Shown: piece after piece, positions 18,278 through 29,388 of the stretch
Numbering within the stretch: position 1 is the stretch's first letter
Layout: each line of letters begins with the position of its first letter
DNA from: a bacterium
GTDB lineage: Bacteria; UBA8248
Length of the DNA: 64,000 bases
NCBI GenBank assembly: GCA_965199855.1
Contig: OZ241326.1
Coordinates: 768,001 to 832,000, forward strand
Reading direction: 5' to 3'
Made by a program: the position numbers and the translations under genes
Notes under the pieces: model-generated
The model's input: the letters and a program-made list of their open reading frames with translations, nothing else
What the model was told of the DNA's origin: nothing
The model's database searches: none

Positions 18278-19140
18278 GGCGAACCCTCCTGCGACTTAAA
18301 ACCCATCATCTTCAAAAACTCGTCGGCGATTTCTCGGAACTCACCAGGAGCATTGCCAGTATGGGTAGGGTACGCTTCTTTCATAAGTTTGGGATACCCA
18401 TCCGAATGCCACATCTGATTTCGCATGATACGCCATTTATTGTTCTTCGCTTCAGCCCGAATATCAGCCAAGGCGGCCTTATGATGCGGCCCTGGCCGCG
18501 AGCCCGATCTTCTCGTATTGTTAATCAGGACGCCGCACACGTCTATGACATGAGCGAGATTGTCTAACCTGAATTTTTCCAGGGATTCTTTCAACAAAGG
18601 AAAGCCGATGGTGGAGAAGAACTCCGTTCGCACAGGAACAAGAACGTAGCGCGAGGCGTGATAGGCCGTTCGGGTGAATCTCGATTCGGTCGGGGCGCAA
18701 TCAATCAACACGAGATCCTTATCGCCCATTTCCTCGGCGATGTATCTCGCCAGAACTCGCTCATCAACAGGGATAGAAGAAATCAGATTGTCCGAGAAAT
18801 CGAACCTCGACGGAATGAGGCTCAGGTTTCCTCCGTGTCCGACCTTTCTGATGACTTGACCCAAAGGCGCGGGTGCCGACTGCGTAGGGGATGGCGGCCG
18901 ATAGCCGTTGAAAAGCTCCACGATGGAGGGTTCCTTGTTGCCCATGAAATCCTTATAGTCGTCTTCATCCATGAGCGCCTGACTCAAATTCGCCTGCGGA
19001 TCCAAATCCACGGCCAGCACCTTCAAACCCTTCCTCGCGGCGTGTCTCGCCAACAACGCCACGACGGTCGTCTTTCCGACGCCGCCCTTCAGGTTGATCA
19101 CCGACGCCACGACAGGCTTTTTCCCGGCTTCCCCGGACAC
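18274..19140 (-). CDS. ParA/Soj-family ATPase
   Basis: NLKGGVGKTT deviant Walker A, VDLDPQANLS, LIDCAP. Confidence 0.9.
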   Translation of the reverse strand: MSGEAGKKPVVASVINLKGGVGKTTVVALLARHAARKGLKVLAVDLDPQANLSQALMDEDDYKDFMGNKEPSIVELFNGYRPPSPTQSAPAPLGQVIRKVGHGGNLSLIPSRFDFSDNLISSIPVDERVLARYIAEEMGDKDLVLIDCAPTESRFTRTAYHASRYVLVPVRTEFFSTIGFPLLKESLEKFRLDNLAHVIDVCGVLINNTRRSGSRPGPHHKAALADIRAEAKNNKWRIMRNQMWHSDGYPKLMKEAYPTHTGNAPGEFREIADEFLKMMGFKSQEGSP

Positions 19141-19454
19141 GCTTTTCTCCTCGGTTATCCGATGCCGCGAATTTTCATGAGCGCATCGTCAACGCGCTCT
19201 CCCCTATTATGCGCCCTCGCGCGCGATTTTGAAAATTCGAGAAACCCCCAGAACCGTTCCCCTCCGCCGCGGCGTGGCGTAGAGCGGACGGAAGCTTGCG
19301 GGATGGGGGCGCGTCCCTGGTCACGCCGCCGCGCCGAGGATGAAGAAGCGCCGCCGAACGTATCTCGCCCCCTGATCGTTCTTCTCACAAGGCTGACGAT
19401 ACCCTGATCCCGAACGGAAACGGCATCAAGCCGCCGCAAAAATTCACGCCCCCC

Positions 19455-20801
19455 TCACCCCTCGAGGCTCATGCCGAACTGGCCGGCGATGTGGCGGACG
19501 AGCCTGCCGGCGGCCGCGTCGCTCATCCAGCCGCGCGCGGTCGCCGCGGCGAGCGCCTCGCTCACGCGCGCGAGCGCCTGGGAGAGCTTCTCGGCGTCGC
19601 GGACGGATATCTCCGGCAGGACGGGCGAGACGCCCGCGCGCAGCGCCTCCTCCGGCAGCGCGCCCGCGCGATGGGCCTCCTCGAGCTGCCTGTCGGCCAT
19701 GGCCTGGAGGACGTGGCGCACGGCGCGCTGGCGCCGCGTCATCTTCTTCAGGGTGGGCTGATCCATCGATTCGGCGGAGGCGCGGTTCACGTCCTCGCCC
19801 TGGGCGAACCAGTGGGAGGGAATCCCCGCGCCGCCCAGCAGAAGCCCCCGCACCAGCTTGGCGACCCCCTGAAGGCCGCTCTCGCCCCCCTTCAGGTCGG
19901 GCGAGACGGCCTGCCAGTGCTCCTTCTCGTTGTGGACGCGCACGCTCGAGGGGCGCGGGGCGACGCCGTTCTCGGCGAGCCAGTCGGCGATCTGCTCCGG
20001 CCCCGCCCCCTTCAGGGTGACGTCGTAGATGAAGCTGTTCTGAAGGCGGGCGCGCTCGACGGCGTCGAAGACGAAGCGCTCGTAGGCGTCTATCCAGTCG
20101 ATGGCGGCGAGGAGGTCGGAGGAGCCGCGGGCGGCGTCGCTCGCCTTGTTGATTTGGAAGAGGAACGCCTCGCCGTCCGTGAAGCGCGCGCGCTCCCTTT
20201 GGGCGGCCGCGCTCAGGTAGCCGCGCGGGTCGCCGCCCAGCGCCGTCCGCAGCCGCCTGCCCCTCCGCCCCGCTCCGCCCGGCCCCTCGGCGCGCAGGAC
20301 GACCCCCAGCGCCAGGGCGCAGTTGTCCGGGTCCATCACCACCTCCTCGATCAGGCGGGGGCTGACGTAGCCCAGGCGCACGCGCCCCTCGAAGCGCGAG
20401 ACGGCGAGCGGCAGGAGGAGCTCGCCGAAGACGCCGAGCTCCGAGACGAGCCGCTCGAAGCGGATGTCCATCTGGTTCACGGGGTCGCCCCAGAACGCCC
20501 GGACGGCGCGCAGGGCGCGCTCATCCTCCGAGTGCCAGCTCACCCCCTCGCCCACGACGTGGTCGGTGACGATCTCGATGAGGCGCTGGCCCATCAGGTT
20601 CGTGAGCCAGAGCTCGTGCGCGAGGAACTGCATCCGCGCGTGGTCGCGGCGCGGCAGCGCGCCCGTCTCCGCTCCCAGGGGCCGCCAGACGCCCTCGTCG
20701 GGGTCTATCGCCGCGCTCATCCGCCCGGCGCCGCGCGAGGCGGCCCCCGCCGCGCGCCTCCTCCTCCGCGCGGGGCTTTCCTTCGCCTTCGCGTTCTCCA
20801 T
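19455..20801 (-). CDS. Phage portal protein
   Basis: INKASDAARGSSDLL...WIDAYERF, VRVHNEKEHW, AGIPSHWF...NRASAESM; follows terminase. Confidence 0.8.
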   Translation of the reverse strand: MENAKAKESPARRRRRAAGAASRGAGRMSAAIDPDEGVWRPLGAETGALPRRDHARMQFLAHELWLTNLMGQRLIEIVTDHVVGEGVSWHSEDERALRAVRAFWGDPVNQMDIRFERLVSELGVFGELLLPLAVSRFEGRVRLGYVSPRLIEEVVMDPDNCALALGVVLRAEGPGGAGRRGRRLRTALGGDPRGYLSAAAQRERARFTDGEAFLFQINKASDAARGSSDLLAAIDWIDAYERFVFDAVERARLQNSFIYDVTLKGAGPEQIADWLAENGVAPRPSSVRVHNEKEHWQAVSPDLKGGESGLQGVAKLVRGLLLGGAGIPSHWFAQGEDVNRASAESMDQPTLKKMTRRQRAVRHVLQAMADRQLEEAHRAGALPEEALRAGVSPVLPEISVRDAEKLSQALARVSEALAAATARGWMSDAAAGRLVRHIAGQFGMSLEG

Positions 20802-20803
20802 TC

Positions 20804-21445
20804 TCACTCCCTCCTGAGCATTCGCCGGCCCGGCGCCCGCGGAGGCGCGGTTCCCCCGGCGGCGGGGGCCAGCATCCCCTCGCTCCGCGCCAGGGACTCG
20901 GCCAGCCGCGCGTAGGCGCAGGCGAAGCCGAAGTGGTTCTCGTTGCGCTCGTAGGACAGGACGGTCTCGCCCGAGGCGCGCAGGCGCGGCCTTTTCCGCA
21001 GGTTCATCAGGTGGCGATCCACGCGGGCGAGGAGCGCCTCCTCCTCCGCGCTCCCGGGCGTGGGCATCAGGACGCGCTCCGGCCCCTGGTGAAGCTCCTC
21101 CACCAGATGATCCAGCAAATCCTCGCGGCTCACGCGCGCGTGGCGGCGCGGCGCGCCCAGAAACGCGACCTCCCTGATCCGCGCCTCCCCCTCGGCGTGC
21201 CGCCAGATGAAGCCGCCCTCCGGATGCAGGTCATAGACCGCCCGCGCGGCCTGGGTGTGGGGGCCGCCGTCGATGACGAACGCCTCGACCCCCAGACCCT
21301 CGAACACGGCGCGGCACCGGGGGAGGAGCCGCTCGATGGGCGGCTCCTCGAAGTATATCCACCGGACGCGCCGCCCCGCCTCGCGCACCGCGAGAGCGCA
21401 GACGTCGCCCGTGTCGATTCCGCAGAAGCGGTGGGGCGCGCTCAC
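20804..21445 (-). CDS. Terminase large subunit, separate nuclease (RNase H-like) half
   Basis: FCGIDTG, FVIDGGP, NENHFGFACAYA; GTG at 21445 with GGAGG RBS, GTGA overlap with ATPase stop. Confidence 0.7.
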   Translation of the reverse strand: MSAPHRFCGIDTGDVCALAVREAGRRVRWIYFEEPPIERLLPRCRAVFEGLGVEAFVIDGGPHTQAARAVYDLHPEGGFIWRHAEGEARIREVAFLGAPRRHARVSREDLLDHLVEELHQGPERVLMPTPGSAEEEALLARVDRHLMNLRKRPRLRASGETVLSYERNENHFGFACAYARLAESLARSEGMLAPAAGGTAPPRAPGRRMLRRE

Positions 21446-22500
21446 GCGGGCGCCTCCGCCGGCGGATAGGGCGCGGCGGCGCGCAGGCTTTCCAGCAGCT
21501 CCCGCGTGACGGGTTGCGCGTCTCCCGCGTCGGGCATGGCGAGCGACGAGCAGCGGAAGCGCGCCTTCTCGCTCGGAAGCCGCGCGGCGGCCCACTTCGC
21601 CGCGATCCGGCGCAGGCGGACGGCGCCGACCGCGAGCTGGGAGAGGCGGTAGCTCCTGTGCCGGGGCAGGGCGCGCGCCGCCTCCCATCGCCCCGCTCCC
21701 CGCGCGAGCGGCGCGCCGCACGCCGGGCAGACGAGCGCCGAGGCGCGCAGGACGCGGGGCCAGTGCTCCTCCAGGGCGCTCTCCGCGCGGCAGGCGGGGC
21801 AGCGCGCGAGCCAGCGCCTCTGATCCCCCGCCTCGTACATGGCGTGAATGCCCGCCCCGGGCGTTCTCCCCACCGCGAGGTTCAGCGTCAGGGCGAGCGG
21901 CGAGGCGTCGAGGCGGTCGTTCGACCACGCGAGGTTCTCCGGCGGGAGGTCGTCCACCTCGTCCCGAATCAGCACGTCGAGCGGCAGCGAGATGGCGCTG
22001 CCCACGTCCCGGAGCCCCAGGATGTAGAGGAACCGCGACCCCCCGGGGCCGGGAAACTCCTTGAGTCCCCTCGGCGAGGCGCCCCGGTAGGCGCCGTGGC
22101 GCATGAGGCGGGCGATTCGCCCGCGCCGCAGCACCGGGCGCACGCGCGTCTGATCGAAGCGGTTGGCGAAGTCCTGGTCGGGCAGAAAATAGCCCACGTT
22201 CAGGCGGCGGACGATGACGCCGTAGAGCGCCGCGCCTATCGCCAGGGTGGTGAGGCCCACCTGCGCCCCCTTGAGGATGGTGATGGTCTCATCGGGCGCG
22301 CCCCTCTCGAAGACGGCGTCGAGGGCGGCCGCGGGCTCCAGCAGCGCCTCGCGCCCCTCGAAGGTGAAGGGGCCGCCGTCGGCGCGAATCTCGCTCGCGA
22401 GAAACCGCGCCAGCCCGCGCGCCGCGCCGGCGAAGCGCGCGGGGGCGCCCGCCGCCAGGGCGAGGCTCGGGGCGCGAATGATTTTTCGGGACTTTCGCAA
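21442..22500 (-). CDS. Terminase large subunit, GpA-type ATPase half
   Basis: ILKGAQVGLTT Walker A, LIRDEVDD Walker B, GDQRRWLARCPAC and CPACG Zn motifs; TTG start after GGAGGAG. Confidence 0.8.
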   Translation of the reverse strand: MRKSRKIIRAPSLALAAGAPARFAGAARGLARFLASEIRADGGPFTFEGREALLEPAAALDAVFERGAPDETITILKGAQVGLTTLAIGAALYGVIVRRLNVGYFLPDQDFANRFDQTRVRPVLRRGRIARLMRHGAYRGASPRGLKEFPGPGGSRFLYILGLRDVGSAISLPLDVLIRDEVDDLPPENLAWSNDRLDASPLALTLNLAVGRTPGAGIHAMYEAGDQRRWLARCPACRAESALEEHWPRVLRASALVCPACGAPLARGAGRWEAARALPRHRSYRLSQLAVGAVRLRRIAAKWAAARLPSEKARFRCSSLAMPDAGDAQPVTRELLESLRAAAPYPPAEAPA

Positions 22501-22551
22501 TCCTGAAACTCCTCCCCGCCGGAGACGCGCGCCGCGTCCCCGCAGGGGAGG

Positions 22552-22602
22552 AATATAGGGCGCGGACGCCGCCGTCCGCGAGGCGCAAATGCGGGCAAAT
22601 GC
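22552..22602 (-). promoter_or_regulatory. Putative activator-dependent late promoter 2 (terminase/portal module)
   Basis: GCATTTGC-CC-GCATTTGC (+ strand 22585-22602), 27 nt gap, then -10 TATATT (22552-22557). Confidence 0.7.
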
Positions 22603-22666
22603 GCGCGGGGGGAGGGTTTTCGCGCGAGCGGCGGCGGAGGAGGGATTTTCGGGGGCGGGGATGTCC

Positions 22667-23152
22667 CTAGTCGCGCATGTTCTCGAACTGGAGGGCGAGC
22701 GGGAGGTTCAGCCCCCGGCACAGGGCGATGACCGCCTGGAGGTCGTCTCGCTTCTTGCCGCTCACCCGGAGCCGATCCCCCTGAACGGCGACCTGCACCT
22801 TCATCTTCGCCGCCTTCACCTTCTTGACGATCTCTCGCGCGGCGTCCGCGTCCACCCCCTGCTTCACGACGACCGTCTGCCGCAGGGCGCCGCCCGAGGC
22901 GGCCTCGGGCTCCCCGAAGTCGAGGGCGCGCGCGTCCACCTTGCGCCGCGCGAGCCAGCCGCCCATCAGATCGCGCATCTGCCGGAGCCTGAAGTCGTCG
23001 TCCGCCAGAAGGGTGATGACCCCCTCCTTGCGATCGATGGCGCACCGGGTTCCCTTGAAGTCGAAGCGCTGGGCGATCTCGCGGCGCGCGCCGTTCATCG
23101 CGTTGTCCACTTCCTGCAGGTCCGTCCTTGAAACGATGTCGAATGAAGGCAT
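22667..23152 (-). CDS. yajQ: YajQ family cyclic-di-GMP/nucleotide-binding protein
   Basis: MPSFDIVS, RFDFKG, RVSGKKRDDLQAVI, LQFENMRD. Confidence 0.95.
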   Translation of the reverse strand: MPSFDIVSRTDLQEVDNAMNGARREIAQRFDFKGTRCAIDRKEGVITLLADDDFRLRQMRDLMGGWLARRKVDARALDFGEPEAASGGALRQTVVVKQGVDADAAREIVKKVKAAKMKVQVAVQGDRLRVSGKKRDDLQAVIALCRGLNLPLALQFENMRD

Positions 23153-23465
23153 CCGTTCCCGAAGCTCCTCTGGCGGGCGGCGGAGCGGCGAGGGCCGCCC
23201 CTGCGAAACTCCACGCGGGAGAGGACGGACGGCGAGAGCGCCCCGTCCCCCGAAATCTCCCGCTCCCATGCTACGCGCCCCGCGCGCGGGATGCTATACT
23301 GCGCGCCGCGCGCGCGCATCGCCTGGAGCGGCTCCGGCGGCCCCCAAGGCCGCGCCGTTCGAGGGTGGCGTCGGGGGCGCGGGGGTGGTAGAAGCCGGCA
23401 TCCTCGCCCGGGCGCGCGCTTTTTCCCGACGGACAAGTCAACGCATCTGAAAGGAGACCGAAGAG

Positions 23466-24755
<1,290 letters not shown>

Positions 24756-24957
24756 TCCGACCGCACCCTCTCCCGCGGCGGGGCGGGCCCCGGAACGCGC
24801 GAGCCTCTCCCAAGGCGCCGGAGGGGGGGACATCCCCGTCCGCCGCGCAAGCCGGACGCATGAGAAAATCATCGGTTCCGGATTGCGGCGACCGCCCTCT
24901 GCCGCGGTCGACGCAACAGTGACGAGCCTGGGGGCGCTCGGCGCGTCAAGCGGGAAG

Positions 24958-25215
24958 TCAGGGCAGCAGTTTTATCAGGGCGACGTTCAGACTGACGATG
25001 CCGAGGGCCACGAGCAGGATGAAGCGATACATGTCCGTTCGCAGTTTTGCGTGGTCGAGCTTCAGTTCGTTGCAGACCTCGGCGAGGTCGGCCTTGGTGG
25101 CGACGTTCTCGGCGACGGCGTCGCGCACGGTGGCGACCACGGCCTCGGCCTGGGTTTCGTCGAAGCCGGACTCCTTGAGCAGCTTCGTCGCCTTGAGGGT
25201 GTCGAACGCGGGCAT
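24958..25215 (-). CDS. DUF1640/CCDC90-like coiled-coil membrane-anchored protein
   Basis: FDTLKATKLLKESGFDETQAEA, ATKADL, C-terminal TM. Confidence 0.75.
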   Translation of the reverse strand: MPAFDTLKATKLLKESGFDETQAEAVVATVRDAVAENVATKADLAEVCNELKLDHAKLRTDMYRFILLVALGIVSLNVALIKLLP

Positions 25216-25524
25216 GGCCTCATCCTCCGGCCATCTACTATAGCCCGTAGGCTTCGCCGACGCAAGCATCCGCGTCATAGGCGGGTTTTCAGGCGGCATT
25301 CGCCGGAGGGAAACTCCCGCCGTCATCGCAGCGGTATTTTTGAACGGCAAAACGATGCGGTCTTGTCGTCCTCGTTCCGACAGGCGCAGGCCAAAGGCCG
25401 CCCTTCGGGACGCGGAGACGGCGGCGCAGGCGGACGCGGCGGCGGGCGAGCCTTGACCGCAGACGCGCTCCACGTCCGCGGAATGCCCGCAGTTCCGGCT
25501 CTTCATCGTCGGCGCGCCGCCCGT

Positions 25525-25896
25525 CTATGCGGCGCCTCCTTCCTCCGCGTCCAGCAGGCTCCGCAGCTTGGGAAGGAGATCGGGAGCGCCGACCTCGATC
25601 ATGTCCCAGATGAGGTCGTCGTTCATGCCCAGATAGCCATGAGCCAGCTGGTTTCGCGCGCCGATGATGTCACCCCAGTGAATCCCGGGATGCCGCTCGC
25701 GCGCCGCTTCCGGGACGTGGGTCGCCGCCTCGCCGATGAGTTCCAGGTTTCGCAGGGTGGCGTCGTAGGTGCGCGCGTCGGCGACGAACGCGGCCTGATC
25801 CAGCCCGGCCGTATAGGAGAGCGCCCTCTCGCCGAATTCGATCATGTCCCGGATGTAGAAGAGCCATTCGCGCCCCTGATGAACGCCGTCAGACAT
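25525..25896 (-). CDS. HepT/DUF86 HEPN ribonuclease toxin
   Basis: RNLELIGEA, RNQLAHGY (RxxxxH). Confidence 0.9.
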   Translation of the reverse strand: MSDGVHQGREWLFYIRDMIEFGERALSYTAGLDQAAFVADARTYDATLRNLELIGEAATHVPEAARERHPGIHWGDIIGARNQLAHGYLGMNDDLIWDMIEVGAPDLLPKLRSLLDAEEGGAA

Positions 25897-26179
25897 GAAT
25901 GAGATCCCGCTCGACGTAGGGGCGCAGCTCGGCGCGCACCATCTTGTCGGTCGCCAGATCGACCTTTCGTCCCAGCAGATCCTCGATGTAGAACTGCGCG
26001 CCGAAATACTTCGTCGTCGTCGTCCGCCCCTCGAAGCGCACGAGAACGTCGAGGTCGCTCCCCTCGCCCGCCTCGTCGCGGGCGAAGGAGCCGAAGATGG
26101 CGAGCTCGGCCACCCCGAAGCGCTCCGAGAGGGTCGCCTTGTGCGTCCGGAGCAGATGAAGCACGTCGTCTCTCTTCAT
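25889..26179 (-). CDS. MNT nucleotidyltransferase antitoxin
   Basis: FGSFARDE...SDLDVLV; overlaps HEPN gene. Confidence 0.9.
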   Translation of the reverse strand: MKRDDVLHLLRTHKATLSERFGVAELAIFGSFARDEAGEGSDLDVLVRFEGRTTTTKYFGAQFYIEDLLGRKVDLATDKMVRAELRPYVERDLIHV

Positions 26180-26282
26180 CGTCCCCTCCCGCGGCGTTCG
26201 GAAACGGCGCGCCGCCCCTCGCTTCGACCGCCCGGCGGCGCGGACGATTCCCCTCCGATGCTCGGGGCGCGCGGGCCGGATG

Positions 26283-28154
26283 TCAACCCCCGCCCTCTCG
26301 CGCCCCCCGCGGAGCGGGGGCGGACGCCGCGAGCTTCTCGAAATGCGCCCGCGCCTCCTCGGGCAGGGAGGTGAAGCGCAGGGTGAGCCGCTCCCCTTTC
26401 GCCTCCACGACCTTCGCGTAGATTTCCGGGACGCCCGCCTCCTCCGCCACCCGCAGCATGAGGTTCGTCCCCCTCCCGAAGGCGGCCTCCGCCGACGCTT
26501 CCGCGCAGTTGCGCGAGACGCGCTCGATGCGGCCGCGCGCCGCCCGCTCCGACACGCGCTTTCCCTCCACCTCGAAGATGCGCGCGGGAAGGGGCGGCTC
26601 GACGTCGGCGAACGCCTCGGGCGGGGGCTCGGGCATCTTGCAGGCGTATTCGCCGCTCACCCCGCGCGCCTCATAGACGCGCACCGGCTCGGCCATGCCC
26701 TTGAAGAGCAGATCCTGCGCCTCGCCCACCCGGACGACGTCCCTCGTCTTGCGCCAGGTCTCGGGGCTGATGAGCACCTGCCCGCTCACGGTGTTCGACT
26801 CGATGCGGTAGGCCATGTTGATGGCCGCGCCCATCGCGCCGTATTTCGTACGCTTCTCCGAGCCGATGTTGCCGACGATCACCTCGCCCGTGTTGACGCC
26901 GATGCCCATGTGCAGCTCGGGCAGCCCGCTCGCGCGCTGCTCCTCGTTGATGCCCGCCAGCGCCCACTGCATCCCCACCGCGCACGCCACCGCGCGCACC
27001 GGGTCGTCCGGGGCGGCGAGGGGCGCGCCGAAGAACGCGAGAATCCCGTCCCCCTGGAACTCGTCGACCGTCCCCCGGTAGCGGGTGATGATCTCCACCA
27101 TCGGCTCGAGGAAGCGGTTCACCATCTCGACGACCTCGTCCGGCCCCAGGCGGTTGGAGAGCGCGGTGAAGCCCCTGAGATCCGAGACCAGGAAGGTCAC
27201 CTCGCGCACCTCGCCACCCAGCTTGAGGCCGTCGGGCGAGTTGAGCAGCTCGTCCACGATCTCCTCGCTGATGTAGCGCCCGAAGGTGTCGCGGATGAAG
27301 TCGCGCTGCCGCAGCCCCTCGACCATCCCCTCGAAGGAGTCGGCGAGGCGGCCCGCCTCGTCGTTCCCGCGCTTCGCGGGAATCGACACGTCGAGATTGC
27401 CCCGGCTCACCTCCGCCGCCGCCGCGGTGAGGCTTCTGAGCAGGCGCAGCATCCGCGCGGAGGCGAACCCGAAGAGGACGAGGCCCAGCGCCAGCAGCGC
27501 CGCCGTGAAGCCGAAGAGCCGGATGGTGTTCATCCGCACCTGCTCGGCCACGGGGTTGGCGAACTTGTTGAGCATCAGGATGGCCACCACCCGCCCGTTC
27601 AGCTTGAGCGGCGCGTTGACCTGGAGGAAGCGGTCGAACTCGCGATCCCCCAGCCTTCCGCCGAAGAGCCGCGAGTGCATCATCTCGCCCCTGTTCCAGG
27701 TGTCGTTCGTGGCCTTGTAGGTGGCGGGGAAGAGCCTGTGGATGTGGGCGTCCTCGCCCACCTCGAAGCCGTCGTGCCCGGCGGCGACGTAGTGGTAGCG
27801 GCCGTCGGCGCCCCGGCGCATGATGACGGCGTTGTCCACGCCCGAGCGCAGCTTGAGGCGCCGCAGCGCGCCCAGGACGGCGCGGTAGGCTTCCGTGTTC
27901 CTGTCGGCGGGCCTTCGCAGGCTGTGGACGGCTTCCACGTCCATGAAGGCCGCCCCGCGCTCGGCGAACACCTCGAGCTTCGAGGCCAGCAGGCGGATCT
28001 CGTAGGCGCGGCTCGACTGGAAGTATTTGTACGCGAGGGGAACCATGGCCACGAGGAGAATCGCCAGGAAAAGCGCCAGGTTCTTGAAGACGATGGAGCG
28101 GTGGAACCCCCCGGGCTTTCGGACGCCCGGCTCGGACGCGCTCGGCTTCGACAT
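26283..28154 (-). CDS. Membrane class III adenylate/guanylate cyclase with HAMP domain
   Basis: Two TM segments, HAMP, SDLRGFT, FQGDG, GIGVNTG-x-VIVGNIGS, INMAYRIE. Confidence 0.9.
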   Translation of the reverse strand: MSKPSASEPGVRKPGGFHRSIVFKNLALFLAILLVAMVPLAYKYFQSSRAYEIRLLASKLEVFAERGAAFMDVEAVHSLRRPADRNTEAYRAVLGALRRLKLRSGVDNAVIMRRGADGRYHYVAAGHDGFEVGEDAHIHRLFPATYKATNDTWNRGEMMHSRLFGGRLGDREFDRFLQVNAPLKLNGRVVAILMLNKFANPVAEQVRMNTIRLFGFTAALLALGLVLFGFASARMLRLLRSLTAAAAEVSRGNLDVSIPAKRGNDEAGRLADSFEGMVEGLRQRDFIRDTFGRYISEEIVDELLNSPDGLKLGGEVREVTFLVSDLRGFTALSNRLGPDEVVEMVNRFLEPMVEIITRYRGTVDEFQGDGILAFFGAPLAAPDDPVRAVACAVGMQWALAGINEEQRASGLPELHMGIGVNTGEVIVGNIGSEKRTKYGAMGAAINMAYRIESNTVSGQVLISPETWRKTRDVVRVGEAQDLLFKGMAEPVRVYEARGVSGEYACKMPEPPPEAFADVEPPLPARIFEVEGKRVSERAARGRIERVSRNCAEASAEAAFGRGTNLMLRVAEEAGVPEIYAKVVEAKGERLTLRFTSLPEEARAHFEKLAASAPAPRGAREGGG

Positions 28155-28198
28155 CCTCTCTCGCCTCCGGCGACGGCTCGGAAGGGCATGATACATCA
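28122..28198 (+). repeat. Direct repeat copy A (contains cyclase RBS and start codon)
   Basis: About 77 bp near-identical to 29272-29348; core CGGCTTCGACRTCCTCTCTCGCCTCCGGCGACGG. Confidence 0.9.
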
Positions 28199-28405
28199 TT
28201 CCCGCGCGGGAGGCGAAGGCGGGGGCGTTCGAGGGGATGCGATTGCGGCGGACGGCTTCAAGCCCCGGCGCCGGAAAACGCCCGCGACCCGGACGCTGCG
28301 GGGAGGCTTTCGTCAAGAAAGAGCGCTGAAAAATACCCGCTTCATTTTTCCTCCCATGCGGCGCCGGACGTCCCGGATTCCCTGACCGGGCTGGCGCTTG
28401 AATCG

Positions 28406-29176
28406 TCATTTCGCTCCCGGTTCTGGTTTGAAGCATTGGTTGGAGTCCAGAAATTTCTTCTCCTCGGCGTCCGCCCGAAGACCCCAGTAAAGTTTCAGGG
28501 CCGCCCACGTCTTCAGATAATCGCAGTGGTATGCCCGGTTCGGCGGAAGCCAGTGGACGGGGTCTTTGCTCCCCTTGGATCGGCTGCTTGAGGACGAAAC
28601 GGCGATCAACGTATCGGGGTTGGAAAGATCATTCGCGTATTCTCGCCGCTGCGCGGGCGTCCAGCCGGCGCCGCCGCTGCGATGCGCTTCGGCCAACGGA
28701 ATGAAATGGTCAATGTCCAGATATTTGGGATCGGTGAATACGCGACCCGTATACGGATCCTCCCATCGACCGGAGACGACCTCGCAGCCCGCCGCGTCGA
28801 GTTTCACGGGTCGGGTGCTCTCGGCTATCAGGACCTCATGCCTGGTATTCTGGCAGTCGCCGTCCTGATCGATCCAGCCCCCGTAGAGCTCCCTGCTGTA
28901 AGGAACCGCCTGGGCGGCCTCCCCGGATGAAGAACGATTCGTTTCCTTGGGGACGTTTCCCCGCCTCCGCCGGCCAAGCATGGGAGTTTCCGGCGAGCCG
29001 GCCCCGGGACGATGGCATCCGCCCCCTTTCCCGCCCCGATGGCAGCCGAATCTATCGAGTCCCCCGCCGCGAGCATGTGCGGGTTCGATTGAGACATGGG
29101 AGAGAAAGGCGAGGGTGAGAAAAAATACGGCTACGACAGAATTGCAAAGCTGATACGATCTGCCGTCTGCGGCCAT
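28406..29176 (-). CDS. Secreted DUF1524-type HNH nuclease with N-terminal YHYH-like segment
   Basis: Signal peptide, GGLDRFGCH, DGDCQNTRHEVL, DPYTG, LDIDHFIPL, RSKGSKDP. Confidence 0.8.
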   Translation of the reverse strand: MAADGRSYQLCNSVVAVFFLTLAFLSHVSIEPAHARGGGLDRFGCHRGGKGGGCHRPGAGSPETPMLGRRRRGNVPKETNRSSSGEAAQAVPYSRELYGGWIDQDGDCQNTRHEVLIAESTRPVKLDAAGCEVVSGRWEDPYTGRVFTDPKYLDIDHFIPLAEAHRSGGAGWTPAQRREYANDLSNPDTLIAVSSSSSRSKGSKDPVHWLPPNRAYHCDYLKTWAALKLYWGLRADAEEKKFLDSNQCFKPEPGAK

Positions 29177-29271
29177 CTTTTTCTTTCCTGTTTGCTCAAG
29201 CCTTACGCAAAAATAGCAAAAGCCCAATCCGGGAAATCGTGCTCCCGCTCTTCCGAGAAAATCCCCCGTTT

Positions 29272-29388
29272 GACGCCCGGCTCGGACGCGCCCGGCTTCG
29301 ACATCCTCTCTCGCCTCCGGCGACGGCTCGGAGCGGCATGACGCATCAACGCGGCCCCGGTGATTCCTTCATATCGACAACTCTTCCT
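29272..29388 (+). repeat. Direct repeat copy B
   Basis: Shares about 77 bp with copy A and about 100 bp with copy C; includes the MTase 3' end (EELSI*). Confidence 0.9.

Noticed and set aside
20804-22500. Terminase as a frameshifted pseudogene
   Set aside because: The break is at the domain boundary with GTGA coupling and a good RBS, and both halves keep their motifs; not fully excluded
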